This document shows positions 1-8,911 of a stretch of DNA of 64,000 nt, piece by piece (the stretch's first letter is position 1; every line of letters begins with the position of its first letter). The translations under genes and the position numbers were made by a program. Below the pieces are notes generated by a model. That model was given only the letters and a program-made list of their open reading frames with translations, was not told the origin of the DNA and did not search any database. Origin of the DNA: Candidatus Poribacteria bacterium (GTDB taxonomy: Bacteria; Poribacteria; WGA-4E; WGA-3G); the NCBI GenBank assembly GCA_965205015.1, contig OZ242029.1, forward strand, positions 4,064,001-4,128,000, read 5' to 3'.

Positions 1-840
1 GGCTTACTCGTGCTGGTTTGGCAAGGGTTTCCCCTCGGTGAACCCGAAATTTTTCCACGCGTGCTTAGCATAACCCTCGCATCACTACTCTACATTGGGG
101 TGTTTTTTGCGATAGGAACAGTGATTTCTACCTACTTCGACAGTCCTAAGACCGCACTCATCATCGCCTTCACTGTCTGGGTATTCGCCGTGCTAATTAC
201 ACCACGCCTCGGTTTTCTGGCTGCGAAAATTATCACGCCGACACGCACTTCACAGAGCGTCTATATGGAAAAGACAGCGATGCGAGATAATTTCGATGCC
301 GAACTCAAAGATCAAAAAATGAAATTCTTCATGGAGGTCCCCCCAAATAAGGACGGCGCACGCATTATAGGTCCGGAAATTGCGGAAAAAATCGATGAAC
401 GTATGAAACCCTTGGAAGAGGAATATCGACTGAAATTCCAGAACCGTGCGAACAAATTGGATCGAGATTATGAACGTGAAACAGAGCGACAAGAACAGTT
501 GGGCGAGACGTTTTCCCGAATTACCCCTACATCTTCCTTAATCTATCTTACCACGAACTTAACACAGACAGGAAAAGTAGAAAGAAGCAACTATTTTCAA
601 ACAGGGGATCGCTATTATGAGATGCTTCATACAGATTTCTTTAGCAAAATTTCAGATCATATTTCTCATAGAGTGCACCGCCCGGAAGATAATGTCAAAA
701 TCACACAACCGCCACCTTTGGCAACAACACCCTTAGGGGAGATATTCAGTCAATCGGTGATAGATGTGCTGTTGCTCTGCTTCTTTGCTGTGGTATTGAC
801 AACCGTAGCATTTCTGAAATTCTTCCGCTCCGATATTTGA
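1..840 (+). CDS. ABC-2 type transporter permease (5'-truncated by window edge)
   Basis: Multiple TM helices; paralog of the C-terminal half of 958..2376, both ending ...AFLKFFRSDI; frame open from window start. Confidence 0.85.
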   Translation, partial: GLLVLVWQGFPLGEPEIFPRVLSITLASLLYIGVFFAIGTVISTYFDSPKTALIIAFTVWVFAVLITPRLGFLAAKIITPTRTSQSVYMEKTAMRDNFDAELKDQKMKFFMEVPPNKDGARIIGPEIAEKIDERMKPLEEEYRLKFQNRANKLDRDYERETERQEQLGETFSRITPTSSLIYLTTNLTQTGKVERSNYFQTGDRYYEMLHTDFFSKISDHISHRVHRPEDNVKITQPPPLATTPLGEIFSQSVIDVLLLCFFAVVLTTVAFLKFFRSDI

Positions 841-957
841 TGTCGATCATAACCGAATTGCCGACACCGTTTAAAAAGTCAGGACTTATAGCAGCGACCT
901 CACAATAACGGCCCCTCCTGACGAGTCAAATTAGAAAAAAATTAAAGGGAGTTCAAT

Positions 958-2376
958 ATGTTAATGACGATGATTCAAAAAGAGATTAGGCAGCACATTC
1001 TGAGCGTCCGGTTTGTTGCGCTCTTGTTGATGTGTCTCCTACTAATCCCGCTGACCCTTTCTATTAACTATCGAAACTATCGCCAAAACCTTGTCGACTA
1101 TCAAGAAGCCGTTAAACTGGCAAATATTGAAGAAAAGACAGTAAACCCGAAGATGCCGCTGGAACCGGAGGTTGAGATTTCTAAACTCTTTCTCAAACCG
1201 ATACCTTTGAGTGTGTTTGCAAATGGATTAGGAGACGCGCTGCCAAGCTACCTTGGCATGACCCGTAATGGGATTATTCAAGGAGCTCCAGTTTTGGTTT
1301 CGGATTCCCTTTCCTATCTTTTCGGACATCTCGACTTTCTTTTTCTGGTAGGCACTGTTTTCAGTTTGCTCGCGCTGCTATTTACCTTTGACGCGGTTGC
1401 CGGGGAACGAGAAGCGGGTACCCTTCGGGTCACCTTAGCGAATTCTCTGCCGCGTGATCTCTTTCTGTGGAGTAAATTAATTGGCGGATATATAGTGTTC
1501 GTAGTGCCGTTTTTGGTGTCCCTTCTATTCGGCTTATTGGTACTTGTTTGGCAAGGGTTTCCCCTCGGTGAATCCGAAATTTTTCCACGTGTGTTCAGTC
1601 TAACGCTCGCCTCGCTGCTCTATATTGCGGTCTTCTTTGCGATAGGGACAGTCATTTCAACCTACTTAGATAATTCCAAGACAGCCCTCATCGTCGCCTT
1701 TACGGTTTGGGTGTTTGCCGTGCTGATTACGCCGCGCGTCGGATTTATCGCAGCGAAATTTATCGCGCCAACGCGAACATCACAGAGTGTCTATCTGGAA
1801 AAGACGGCTCTCCGTGAGAATTTCAACGCAGAACTTGAAGAGAAAAAAAGGGAAATACACAAAGAAGTCTGGAAGGATCGTCGGCAACCTTCCTTTGAAG
1901 AACAGGGGGAAATCGGAAGAAAGGTGGATGAACGGATGAAACCTCTTGAAGAGGAATTTCGGCAGAAATTCAAAGCGCGCACTGATGAAATAGATCGAAA
2001 CTATCAACGTGAAAAAAAGCACCAAGAGCAGGTAGGTGAAACGCTTTCACGAATCACACCGACATCCTCCCTAACCTATCTCGCTACAAATTTAACACAG
2101 ACTGGAAAACGAAAGAGAAATACCTACTTTCAAGCAGGTGAGCGTTACTATGATGCGCTTCATACAGATGTGTTCAGCAAAATTATAGATCATGCTAGCG
2201 TGAGAATGTTCCACCCAGAGAGAGACATCATAAAAATCAGGCAGCCATCATCTTTAGAAACCCCAACCTTAGGAGAGACATTCCGTCAATCGGCAGTGGA
2301 TGTGCTGTTGCTCTGCTTCTTTGCTGTGGTATTAACAACCGTAGCATTCCTGAAATTCTTCCGTTCCGATATTTGA
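958..2376 (+). CDS. ABC-2 type transporter permease with large extracytoplasmic loops
   Basis: Motif FDAVAGEREAGTLRVTLANSLPR..LFLWSKLIGG typical of ABC2_membrane permeases; SD GGGAG upstream. Confidence 0.88.
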   Translation: MLMTMIQKEIRQHILSVRFVALLLMCLLLIPLTLSINYRNYRQNLVDYQEAVKLANIEEKTVNPKMPLEPEVEISKLFLKPIPLSVFANGLGDALPSYLGMTRNGIIQGAPVLVSDSLSYLFGHLDFLFLVGTVFSLLALLFTFDAVAGEREAGTLRVTLANSLPRDLFLWSKLIGGYIVFVVPFLVSLLFGLLVLVWQGFPLGESEIFPRVFSLTLASLLYIAVFFAIGTVISTYLDNSKTALIVAFTVWVFAVLITPRVGFIAAKFIAPTRTSQSVYLEKTALRENFNAELEEKKREIHKEVWKDRRQPSFEEQGEIGRKVDERMKPLEEEFRQKFKARTDEIDRNYQREKKHQEQVGETLSRITPTSSLTYLATNLTQTGKRKRNTYFQAGERYYDALHTDVFSKIIDHASVRMFHPERDIIKIRQPSSLETPTLGETFRQSAVDVLLLCFFAVVLTTVAFLKFFRSDI

Positions 2377-2524
2377 TCGCAATGAAATAAAAATTCAGGT
2401 TTTTGTTATTTTTTCTAAGTTATGCACCCTTTCCCTCTCAAAATAGTATCTTTTAATTATAAACGAGCTCGAGTAACGTGAGTTTAAAAATAAAACGGAA
2501 ATTATATTGGAAAGGAATACCATC

Positions 2525-3274
2525 ATGAAAGCCTTAAGCATTGGATTGGGCATATTTATTCTAACCTGTTCCGCAGGGGCAGAGGTGTTTCTGGAAACTT
2601 TTGATGATAGAAATATTATAAAACAGTGGCAGGAACTGACAATATTCCATGGACCTCCCGGTGTCCATTCTTGGAAAATTGTTGGCGGTCAACTTGAGTC
2701 TTTAGTAATTGGTGCTGATCGTGTGACGCGTTTATTTGTGATCGGGGATGAAGAGTGGCAAGATTACGATATTGAAGTTGACGTTAAACCGCTCCGAAAA
2801 CATGGACCTGCCCATATTGTGATTGCATCGCGGATTCATCAGGCCAAAAAAGATCAGACATGGGGAGTCCTCTGTACAATTGGAGACGTGCCGATGCTCG
2901 AACCTAAATCCATGGCTCGCTGTTCTGGGCGTCGCTTGCCGAATGGAGTGGCTATTCTGGATTATAAAAAGAAACCTTATCCTTCCTTAAGCGTGAAAAA
3001 ATGGTCTCACCTGAAGTTGAGTGTTCATGGAAAACACTTGACTTTTTGGATTAATGGCGAGCAAGTTCTCGGACCCGTAATTTTAGAAGCGAAAAAATTT
3101 GAACACATGGAGGTTGAGTTTCCTGACTATCCGAGGGGTAAAGTCGGTTTCGGAGTCTCAAATTACTCTGTGCTTTTTGATAACCTTAGCATCACCACCG
3201 GGGACGATATTCCAAAATCTGTAACACCGAGAACAAAACTTGCGACCACTTGGGGAAACTTGAAGCAGTTTTAG
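2525..3274 (+). CDS. Secreted DUF1080/concanavalin-like domain protein with C-terminal VxPxxKLATTWG tag
   Basis: Signal peptide MKALSIGLGIFILTCSAGA; W.DYDIEVDVK and GKVGF..VLFDNL features; ends VTPRTKLATTWGNLKQF; ATG 2525 preferred over TTG 2507 (GAAAGGA upstream). Confidence 0.7.
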   Translation: MKALSIGLGIFILTCSAGAEVFLETFDDRNIIKQWQELTIFHGPPGVHSWKIVGGQLESLVIGADRVTRLFVIGDEEWQDYDIEVDVKPLRKHGPAHIVIASRIHQAKKDQTWGVLCTIGDVPMLEPKSMARCSGRRLPNGVAILDYKKKPYPSLSVKKWSHLKLSVHGKHLTFWINGEQVLGPVILEAKKFEHMEVEFPDYPRGKVGFGVSNYSVLFDNLSITTGDDIPKSVTPRTKLATTWGNLKQF

Positions 3275-3419
3275 AGAAATATCTTTTATAGGTCGAATTC
3301 ACGTTAACGCTAATTCAATTTTTTTCCTATCACTCATTAAGTCCGAAAAACGCGTTGATAGAACAAAGTTTCGTGCCTCACCCATAATAACAGGCAAGAC
3401 ACGAGAAATTTGCTATGTC

Positions 3420-4355
3420 CTACAGCGCATGCTCTTCCGGACGGACACCTTTTGTAAACGTGCCGAAACCGAAGAACGTCGGGGCATAATCGCCGACATA
3501 ATCGACTACACTCTTATCGGCAATCGCATCCTCCATTCCCATACACCAATAGCAACCGTTGACGAGGAGACGGCGAAGTCCTTCGCTCTCCAAATCAACA
3601 GAAGCACCCATCGTCGTATTGAGGACGCGCGAGGTGTTGCCTTCATCGCCCGTATAGGTTTTAATCCACACCATCGGCATTGTGATGGTATCCGGTTTCG
3701 GTGCATCTGTTGGATCCATACCGACCAATACCTGCCCGTGGATGAGCACTTGGGAATCACCTGTCAAATCATTAATACCGTAAACATCGGACGGACCCCA
3801 AACGTCGTCAACGCCTTTGAGAATCGGATGGTCCTGCATCGCTGCGTCAATGACACCGCGTGCGCTCTCTTTGCCGTGATGTCCATGGTGGTTAACCCAT
3901 GTCTCGCCGAGGACCTGTCTGCCGTATCCACCCTCAAATTCCTCACTGTCAAAACTGTATTTTGCGTAGGGACTCTCGAGGTTGCGGCTATAACTGAAAG
4001 CGTGGGTCGCCGTGCGGAGCCCCATTACGGGTTTGCCGGCGTTCGTATAGTCAACGACATATTTCATCTGTTCATCGGGCAGTTCGCGGAAACGCGTGAA
4101 CAGCACCATCATATCCGCGGATTCTAAATGGTGGAGTCCGGGAATGTTCGTCTGCACCTCCGGATCGATGACGCCTGTTTCCGGATCGATAGCAAACAGC
4201 ACGGTACATGTAAATCCGTGGTGTGTGGCTAACACCTTCCCCAGCATCGGTAACGCTTCCTCAGAGCGATACTCTTCATCGCCACTGACGAGAACGATAT
4301 GCTTGCCCTTTCCGGGACCTTCGTTTCCTTCGTAAACAACCCATTCATTTTTCAT
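3420..4355 (-). CDS. ThuA-like (class I glutamine amidotransferase-like fold) protein
   Basis: HIVLVSGDEEYRSEE, GKPVMGLRTATHAF, HPILKGV, RVLNTTMGAS motifs. Confidence 0.75.
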   Translation of the reverse strand: MKNEWVVYEGNEGPGKGKHIVLVSGDEEYRSEEALPMLGKVLATHHGFTCTVLFAIDPETGVIDPEVQTNIPGLHHLESADMMVLFTRFRELPDEQMKYVVDYTNAGKPVMGLRTATHAFSYSRNLESPYAKYSFDSEEFEGGYGRQVLGETWVNHHGHHGKESARGVIDAAMQDHPILKGVDDVWGPSDVYGINDLTGDSQVLIHGQVLVGMDPTDAPKPDTITMPMVWIKTYTGDEGNTSRVLNTTMGASVDLESEGLRRLLVNGCYWCMGMEDAIADKSVVDYVGDYAPTFFGFGTFTKGVRPEEHAL

Positions 4356-4560
4356 CAAAAGATAAACTCCATAAAATAAGATTTTGCATAAGTATATCAG
4401 ATTTTCCTGAGAAAGTCACGTCGAATCTGTTTAGAGGGCATTCAAGGTTCTGTAGACATAGAGAAAAATTTTGACAAATATCCGAAGTTACCTTAAAATT
4501 AAAGGACAAGCTCGAAAACAGGATCCAAAACCGACTGGCAACCTGCAGGAGAACTCGTCC

Positions 4561-5280
4561 ATGCACTTAACGCCTCAGCAGCGAGACCACTATAAAGAGC
4601 AGGGTTTCGTGGTCATTCCTCATCTTTTTAGTCCAGCCACAGTAACCTTGATGCGTGAACATTACATGAAACGCCGCGCAGAAGGTCCAAAACCCGGCGA
4701 CTCCGGCGGCACAACCGACCACGCCGATGATCCAAATCATCAATTCCCACGTATGATCAATATGCACAACTGGGACGAATTAACCCAAGAATGGTCAACC
4801 GATATCGACTTACTTGCCATTACGGAACAACTGATTGATGATACGCCGGTGCTTTTACAAACAATGCTCTATTTCAAACCACCCGGCGCACGAGGTCAAG
4901 CGCTACACCAAGACGAACAATACATCCCCATAGATCCGATCATCGGTGTTTGGGTAGCATTGGATATATCGGACGAAGCTGTTGGACGTATGGTGCTCAT
5001 CCCACGTTCCCATCTATCCGGGCTGCTACCTGTTGAAACAGCAGACACCGCTATCTCGTTTACAAATGTACAAGCCGTCAAACCGAAGGACGCTGAGGAA
5101 TTGGGAATTGACATGTCGCCTGGTGATACACTTTTTTTTGACGGTAAGGTTATACACGGTTCCTACATGAATAAAACAGATGATCGGTGGCGGCGGAGTT
5201 TTATATGCCACTATATGGGCGAGAACTCACAACGGTTTGAACCAGCCGAAGGCACGCACGTCTCACATATAAAAAAATAG
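4561..5280 (+). CDS. Phytanoyl-CoA dioxygenase (PhyH) family 2OG-Fe(II) oxygenase
   Basis: YKEQGFVVI start, FKPPGARGQALHQD, distal HGS..N..RR; ATG 4561 follows AGGAG. Confidence 0.9.
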   Translation: MHLTPQQRDHYKEQGFVVIPHLFSPATVTLMREHYMKRRAEGPKPGDSGGTTDHADDPNHQFPRMINMHNWDELTQEWSTDIDLLAITEQLIDDTPVLLQTMLYFKPPGARGQALHQDEQYIPIDPIIGVWVALDISDEAVGRMVLIPRSHLSGLLPVETADTAISFTNVQAVKPKDAEELGIDMSPGDTLFFDGKVIHGSYMNKTDDRWRRSFICHYMGENSQRFEPAEGTHVSHIKK

Positions 5281-5301
5281 CATAAAATTGGAGGATCTGG
5301 A

Positions 5302-6654
5302 TTGTTAAAAGTATCAAAGTTCGGCGGAAGTTCACTTGCATCAGCGGAGCAAGTCCGTCGTGTTTGCGACATCATCACTGCCGATCCAGGACGCCGGCTC
5401 ATTGTCGTTTCTGCGCCTGGAAAACGCTATAGTCAAGACATCAAAGTAACAGACCTACTCATCGCTGCTGCATCCGAACGACTGACAGGAAAAATCGGTG
5501 CCTCGGAATGTGCTGAAGCGATTGAGCGGTATAGAAGCATTGCCGCTGAATTAGGGCTCCCGCTGGAGGTGGTCGAGCCTATCGCTCGTGATCTAACGGA
5601 ACGTTTGGAAAACAGCACAACCAATGCCGACCTCTATATGGACACAATGAAGGCAGGGGGTGAAGACAACTGCGCTCGTCTCATCGCACAAGTGCTGCAG
5701 GCACGCGGTGTAGACGCACATTATGTGAATCCGAAGGATGCGGGTTTATTACTTTCGGACGAGCCGGGCAACGCCCAAGTGCTACCCGAAGCATACAACC
5801 GATTGCGGGATTTACACGAGCGGCCCGGCATCACCATTTTTCCCGGCTTCTTCGGCTACTCGAAACAGGGCAACGTTGTAACGTTCTCACGTGGGGGGTC
5901 AGACATTACAGGTGCCATTCTCGCCAGTGCCGTTCGGGCGGAAGTCTATGAGAACTTTACGGATGTCGATTCCGTGTTCGCTGCGAATCCATCTATCGTT
6001 AAAGCGCCAGTGCCGATCGCCGAGTTAACCTACCGTGAGATGCGTGAGCTCTCTTACGCCGGGTTCTCTGTGTTCCACGATGAGGCACTTGAACCCGTCT
6101 ACCGAGCACAGGTGCCTGTCAACATTCGCAATACGAATAATCCGAAAGCAGACGGCACGCTGATCGTTCCAAACCGCACGTCGACGGATATGCCCGTTGT
6201 CGGTATCGCGGCAATGGACAGTGTGTGTTGTATCTATCTCAGCAAGTATCTGATGAACCGTCAAATCGGGTTCGGTCGGCGACTGTTGCAGATATTAGAA
6301 GCCGAAGACATCTCTTTTGAACACATTCCCTCCGGGATAGACAACATGTCCGTCATCCTTCGGGAAGATAATCTCTCGGCGCAGAAAGAGAAGAGAATTG
6401 TCGAACAGGTTCGACAGACGCTCGCACCGGAAGATATTTCCGTGGAACGCGGGTTATCCCTCATCATGGTCGTCGGTGAAGGCATGCGTCACACTGTCGG
6501 CATCGCCTCGCGTGCAACAGGAGCCTTAGCTGGCGCGAAAGTTAACATTGAGATGATTAACCAGGGTTCCAACGAAGTCAGTATGATGTTCGGCATAAAA
6601 TCTGAAGATATGGAGACTGCCGTTCAAGCCCTCTATGCCGAATTTTTTGGCTAA
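5302..6654 (+). CDS. lysC: Aspartate kinase (AKIII/YclM-like, two ACT domains)
   Basis: KFGGSSLA, VVSAPGKR, TFSRGGSDITG, ENFTDVD; TTG start after GGAGG. Confidence 0.92.
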   Translation: MLKVSKFGGSSLASAEQVRRVCDIITADPGRRLIVVSAPGKRYSQDIKVTDLLIAAASERLTGKIGASECAEAIERYRSIAAELGLPLEVVEPIARDLTERLENSTTNADLYMDTMKAGGEDNCARLIAQVLQARGVDAHYVNPKDAGLLLSDEPGNAQVLPEAYNRLRDLHERPGITIFPGFFGYSKQGNVVTFSRGGSDITGAILASAVRAEVYENFTDVDSVFAANPSIVKAPVPIAELTYREMRELSYAGFSVFHDEALEPVYRAQVPVNIRNTNNPKADGTLIVPNRTSTDMPVVGIAAMDSVCCIYLSKYLMNRQIGFGRRLLQILEAEDISFEHIPSGIDNMSVILREDNLSAQKEKRIVEQVRQTLAPEDISVERGLSLIMVVGEGMRHTVGIASRATGALAGAKVNIEMINQGSNEVSMMFGIKSEDMETAVQALYAEFFG

Positions 6655-6664
6655 AGGAAACATT

Positions 6665-7504
6665 ATGGAAATAACCGTTCAACCGGAAGAATTAGTCGCA
6701 GGAAAACTGACAGATGCACACGTGGCACAAGCCGTTAAGGCGATCTGTGTTGATGGCTACGTTGTCTTGGAGAACGTCGTCAGCCATGAGCACTTAGACA
6801 TTCTTCGCGAGCGGATGGATGCCGATTCACAAATCCTTATTAATGCGGAAAAATGGGGGGGCGCAGGCAAACTCGTAGGACATCTCCAACAGGGACCGCC
6901 ACCCTATGCGCCCTACATTTTTAAAGACATCGTCGCGAATCCTTATGTTGTGCAGGTGACCAAGGAACTGTTGGGTCCTGGACTCTATAATAACTTCTAC
7001 AACGGCAATACGAACTGTCCCGGTAGCATAACCCAACCGCTCCACAGAGACGGCGCGCACCTTTGGGATGATCAAGAGATCGCGCATCCGACAACGGAAG
7101 TTGTCGTCAACATCTCACCCCAGGATACAGCAGAGGAAAATGGCAGTGTCGAACTCTGGCCCGGTTCACATCTTCAGGTCGGTAATGGAGGGGTGGATGC
7201 GGAACAGGAGGAAGCCCGTCGCAAAATCTGTCCCCCGATCCGTGGAAATGCGAAAAAGGGGAGCGCCCTCATTCGAGATATGCGACTGTGGCACCGAGGG
7301 GTCCCCAATCCATCCGATAAGCCACGCCACATGATCGCGATGATTTACCGTGTCAATTGGCTGAAATCCAACCGGCGACTGAAGTATAAAATCGGGTGTG
7401 AAGCGGCTTTTGAAAACAGCGATCTCGATCACAATGCCGAGTTTCTTGACTTCGCCGAGAGAAAAATAGGTGATTACGATTATCTTTTCAATCCGAGTTT
7501 CTAA
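6665..7504 (+). CDS. PhyH family 2OG-Fe(II) dioxygenase
   Basis: DGYVVLENV, QPLHRD, RDMRLWHRGVPN.S..PR; ATG 6665 after AAGGA. Confidence 0.88.
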   Translation: MEITVQPEELVAGKLTDAHVAQAVKAICVDGYVVLENVVSHEHLDILRERMDADSQILINAEKWGGAGKLVGHLQQGPPPYAPYIFKDIVANPYVVQVTKELLGPGLYNNFYNGNTNCPGSITQPLHRDGAHLWDDQEIAHPTTEVVVNISPQDTAEENGSVELWPGSHLQVGNGGVDAEQEEARRKICPPIRGNAKKGSALIRDMRLWHRGVPNPSDKPRHMIAMIYRVNWLKSNRRLKYKIGCEAAFENSDLDHNAEFLDFAERKIGDYDYLFNPSF

Positions 7505-7554
7505 ATATGTATCGGCGGTGCTAACGCCGCTCTGAGTCCCGGACGGAGGTTACC

Positions 7555-8391
7555 ATGAACGCCCAAAGCACATGGCTCCCCGCTGAGCCTGACCTCGAAA
7601 CGGTTTGTAAAACCTACAGCGACCCGATTTACGCACTCTCCCAAGCTGAAATGCCCGCTATCATCCTTCGGAACGCCTATTCACCGGCGCACTGCCAAGC
7701 GCTTATCAACCGATTCACAAATATGGGCTTGATGCGAGACGAAGCCGACATCAACTCTCCTGACAAGCGGACCCGTATTGACATCGGCACCAGTCTCGGC
7801 AACCGCGGTAGCGATAAAGCAAAGTTTTTGGCACACGCCAAGGCGACACATCACCTTTTTAAATTTCTGTTTGATGGTTTCGATAATCCTGTCAATCTCA
7901 TCTACGATTCACTGACTGCGCTTTCCCCCAAACAAGAGGTGAAGGTCGCGCGGGAACCGGACGGTTCGCTCTACGGGCCCGCGATCTTCCGCGTCCACTA
8001 CGAAACGCACAGTTATAAGCCGCACATCGATCACGTCAAGTACCGTGAGAAGCGCACTGATTATCAAGTCTACCGCTTTGAGCATCAGTTTGCAGGCGTG
8101 TTGTGCGTCCAAAACGCAGATGAAAACGGAAAAGGCACGCAAGCCCTTTTACATCGCTGCCTCTGGTCTGAGGAGATTCAACCCCATATCATCGAAGAAA
8201 CCTTTGATGAATACGCCGCTGACAACGGGGTAGAGAACTATCAGGTCGATCTGCAGCAGGGGGATCTCTACTTTTTCAACACGCGATGTATCCACGAAGT
8301 GCCACCCGTGCAAGGCACACGCGCCCGAATTGTCTTGGCAGTATTTATCGGGTATTCCCCTGACGACGGCGAAATTTTCGTCTGGTCATAA
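7555..8391 (+). CDS. Putative 2OG-Fe(II) oxygenase
   Basis: HID motif plus GDLYFFNTRCIHEV..V.G..R; SD GGAGG. Confidence 0.7.
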   Translation: MNAQSTWLPAEPDLETVCKTYSDPIYALSQAEMPAIILRNAYSPAHCQALINRFTNMGLMRDEADINSPDKRTRIDIGTSLGNRGSDKAKFLAHAKATHHLFKFLFDGFDNPVNLIYDSLTALSPKQEVKVAREPDGSLYGPAIFRVHYETHSYKPHIDHVKYREKRTDYQVYRFEHQFAGVLCVQNADENGKGTQALLHRCLWSEEIQPHIIEETFDEYAADNGVENYQVDLQQGDLYFFNTRCIHEVPPVQGTRARIVLAVFIGYSPDDGEIFVWS

Positions 8392-8420
8392 ATGCAACCT
8401 TTATGGATACATTGTCGTCC

Positions 8421-8442
8421 GGCGAGGTTAAGAAACCTCGCC
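8421..8442. repeat. GGCGAGG-type palindromic repeat, copy 1
   Basis: GGCGAGGTT-aaga-AACCTCGCC; related copies at 11550-11570 and 40470-40491. Confidence 0.8.
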
Positions 8443-8468
8443 TCCCGCAGTGAAACGTTTTTATCCAT

Positions 8469-8595
8469 TTATAGTAGAGTCAATAATTACTTGGGCACCC
8501 CGATTGTAGCGCAAACTGTTAGTTTGCGTGCCTCCCCTGCACAAACTGGACAGTTTGTGCTACGAATGTTCACTTATTTTTGGGTTTTACTATAA
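8469..8595. mobile_element. MITE-like element with TTATAGTA terminal inverted repeats
   Basis: Starts TTATAGTAGAGTC, ends GGGTTTTACTATAA; interior GTAG...CTAC double hairpin; sister element at 11512-11630. Confidence 0.6.
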
Positions 8596-8842
8596 AATGC
8601 AAACTGGATGAAGTAATAGGAGATTCCACAATCACGAATACACGTTAGTTTGGCGTTGTCTGTTCAAATTGTGGACATTTCGTGCATCCGATGCACAATT
8701 CAGGACATCCGCCTCACCGTATTTTCACGTCAAACCGCACGCCGTACTACCCAAAATATCCACCATCCCACGCTACTGCTATACACTAAGTGCTACCGTT
8801 CTCAACCGCACCGAAGCGGACAGTGTGCAGCGCCTCCTTCAG

Positions 8843-8859
8843 TTGGCACGATACTTGCT
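8843..8859 (+). promoter_or_regulatory. sigma54 (-24/-12) promoter of the WD40 array
   Basis: TTGGCACGATACTTGCT matches YTGGCACGRNNNTTGCW with GG-N10-GC spacing, about 50 nt before the GTG start at 8912. Confidence 0.8.
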
Positions 8860-8911
8860 ACATCCTTGTGTAAATGATGTAAATGCGAAAAACCAACAGG
8901 AGGGCAGACCC

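Noticed and set aside
4561-6654. Calling the locus an ectoine (ectD-ask) cluster
   Set aside because: No ectABC and the EctD signature is not evident
8669-8911. 81-aa N-terminal extension of the first WD40 ORF
   Set aside because: SD plus GTG at 8912 gives a proper signal peptide, and the extension contains the sigma54 promoter
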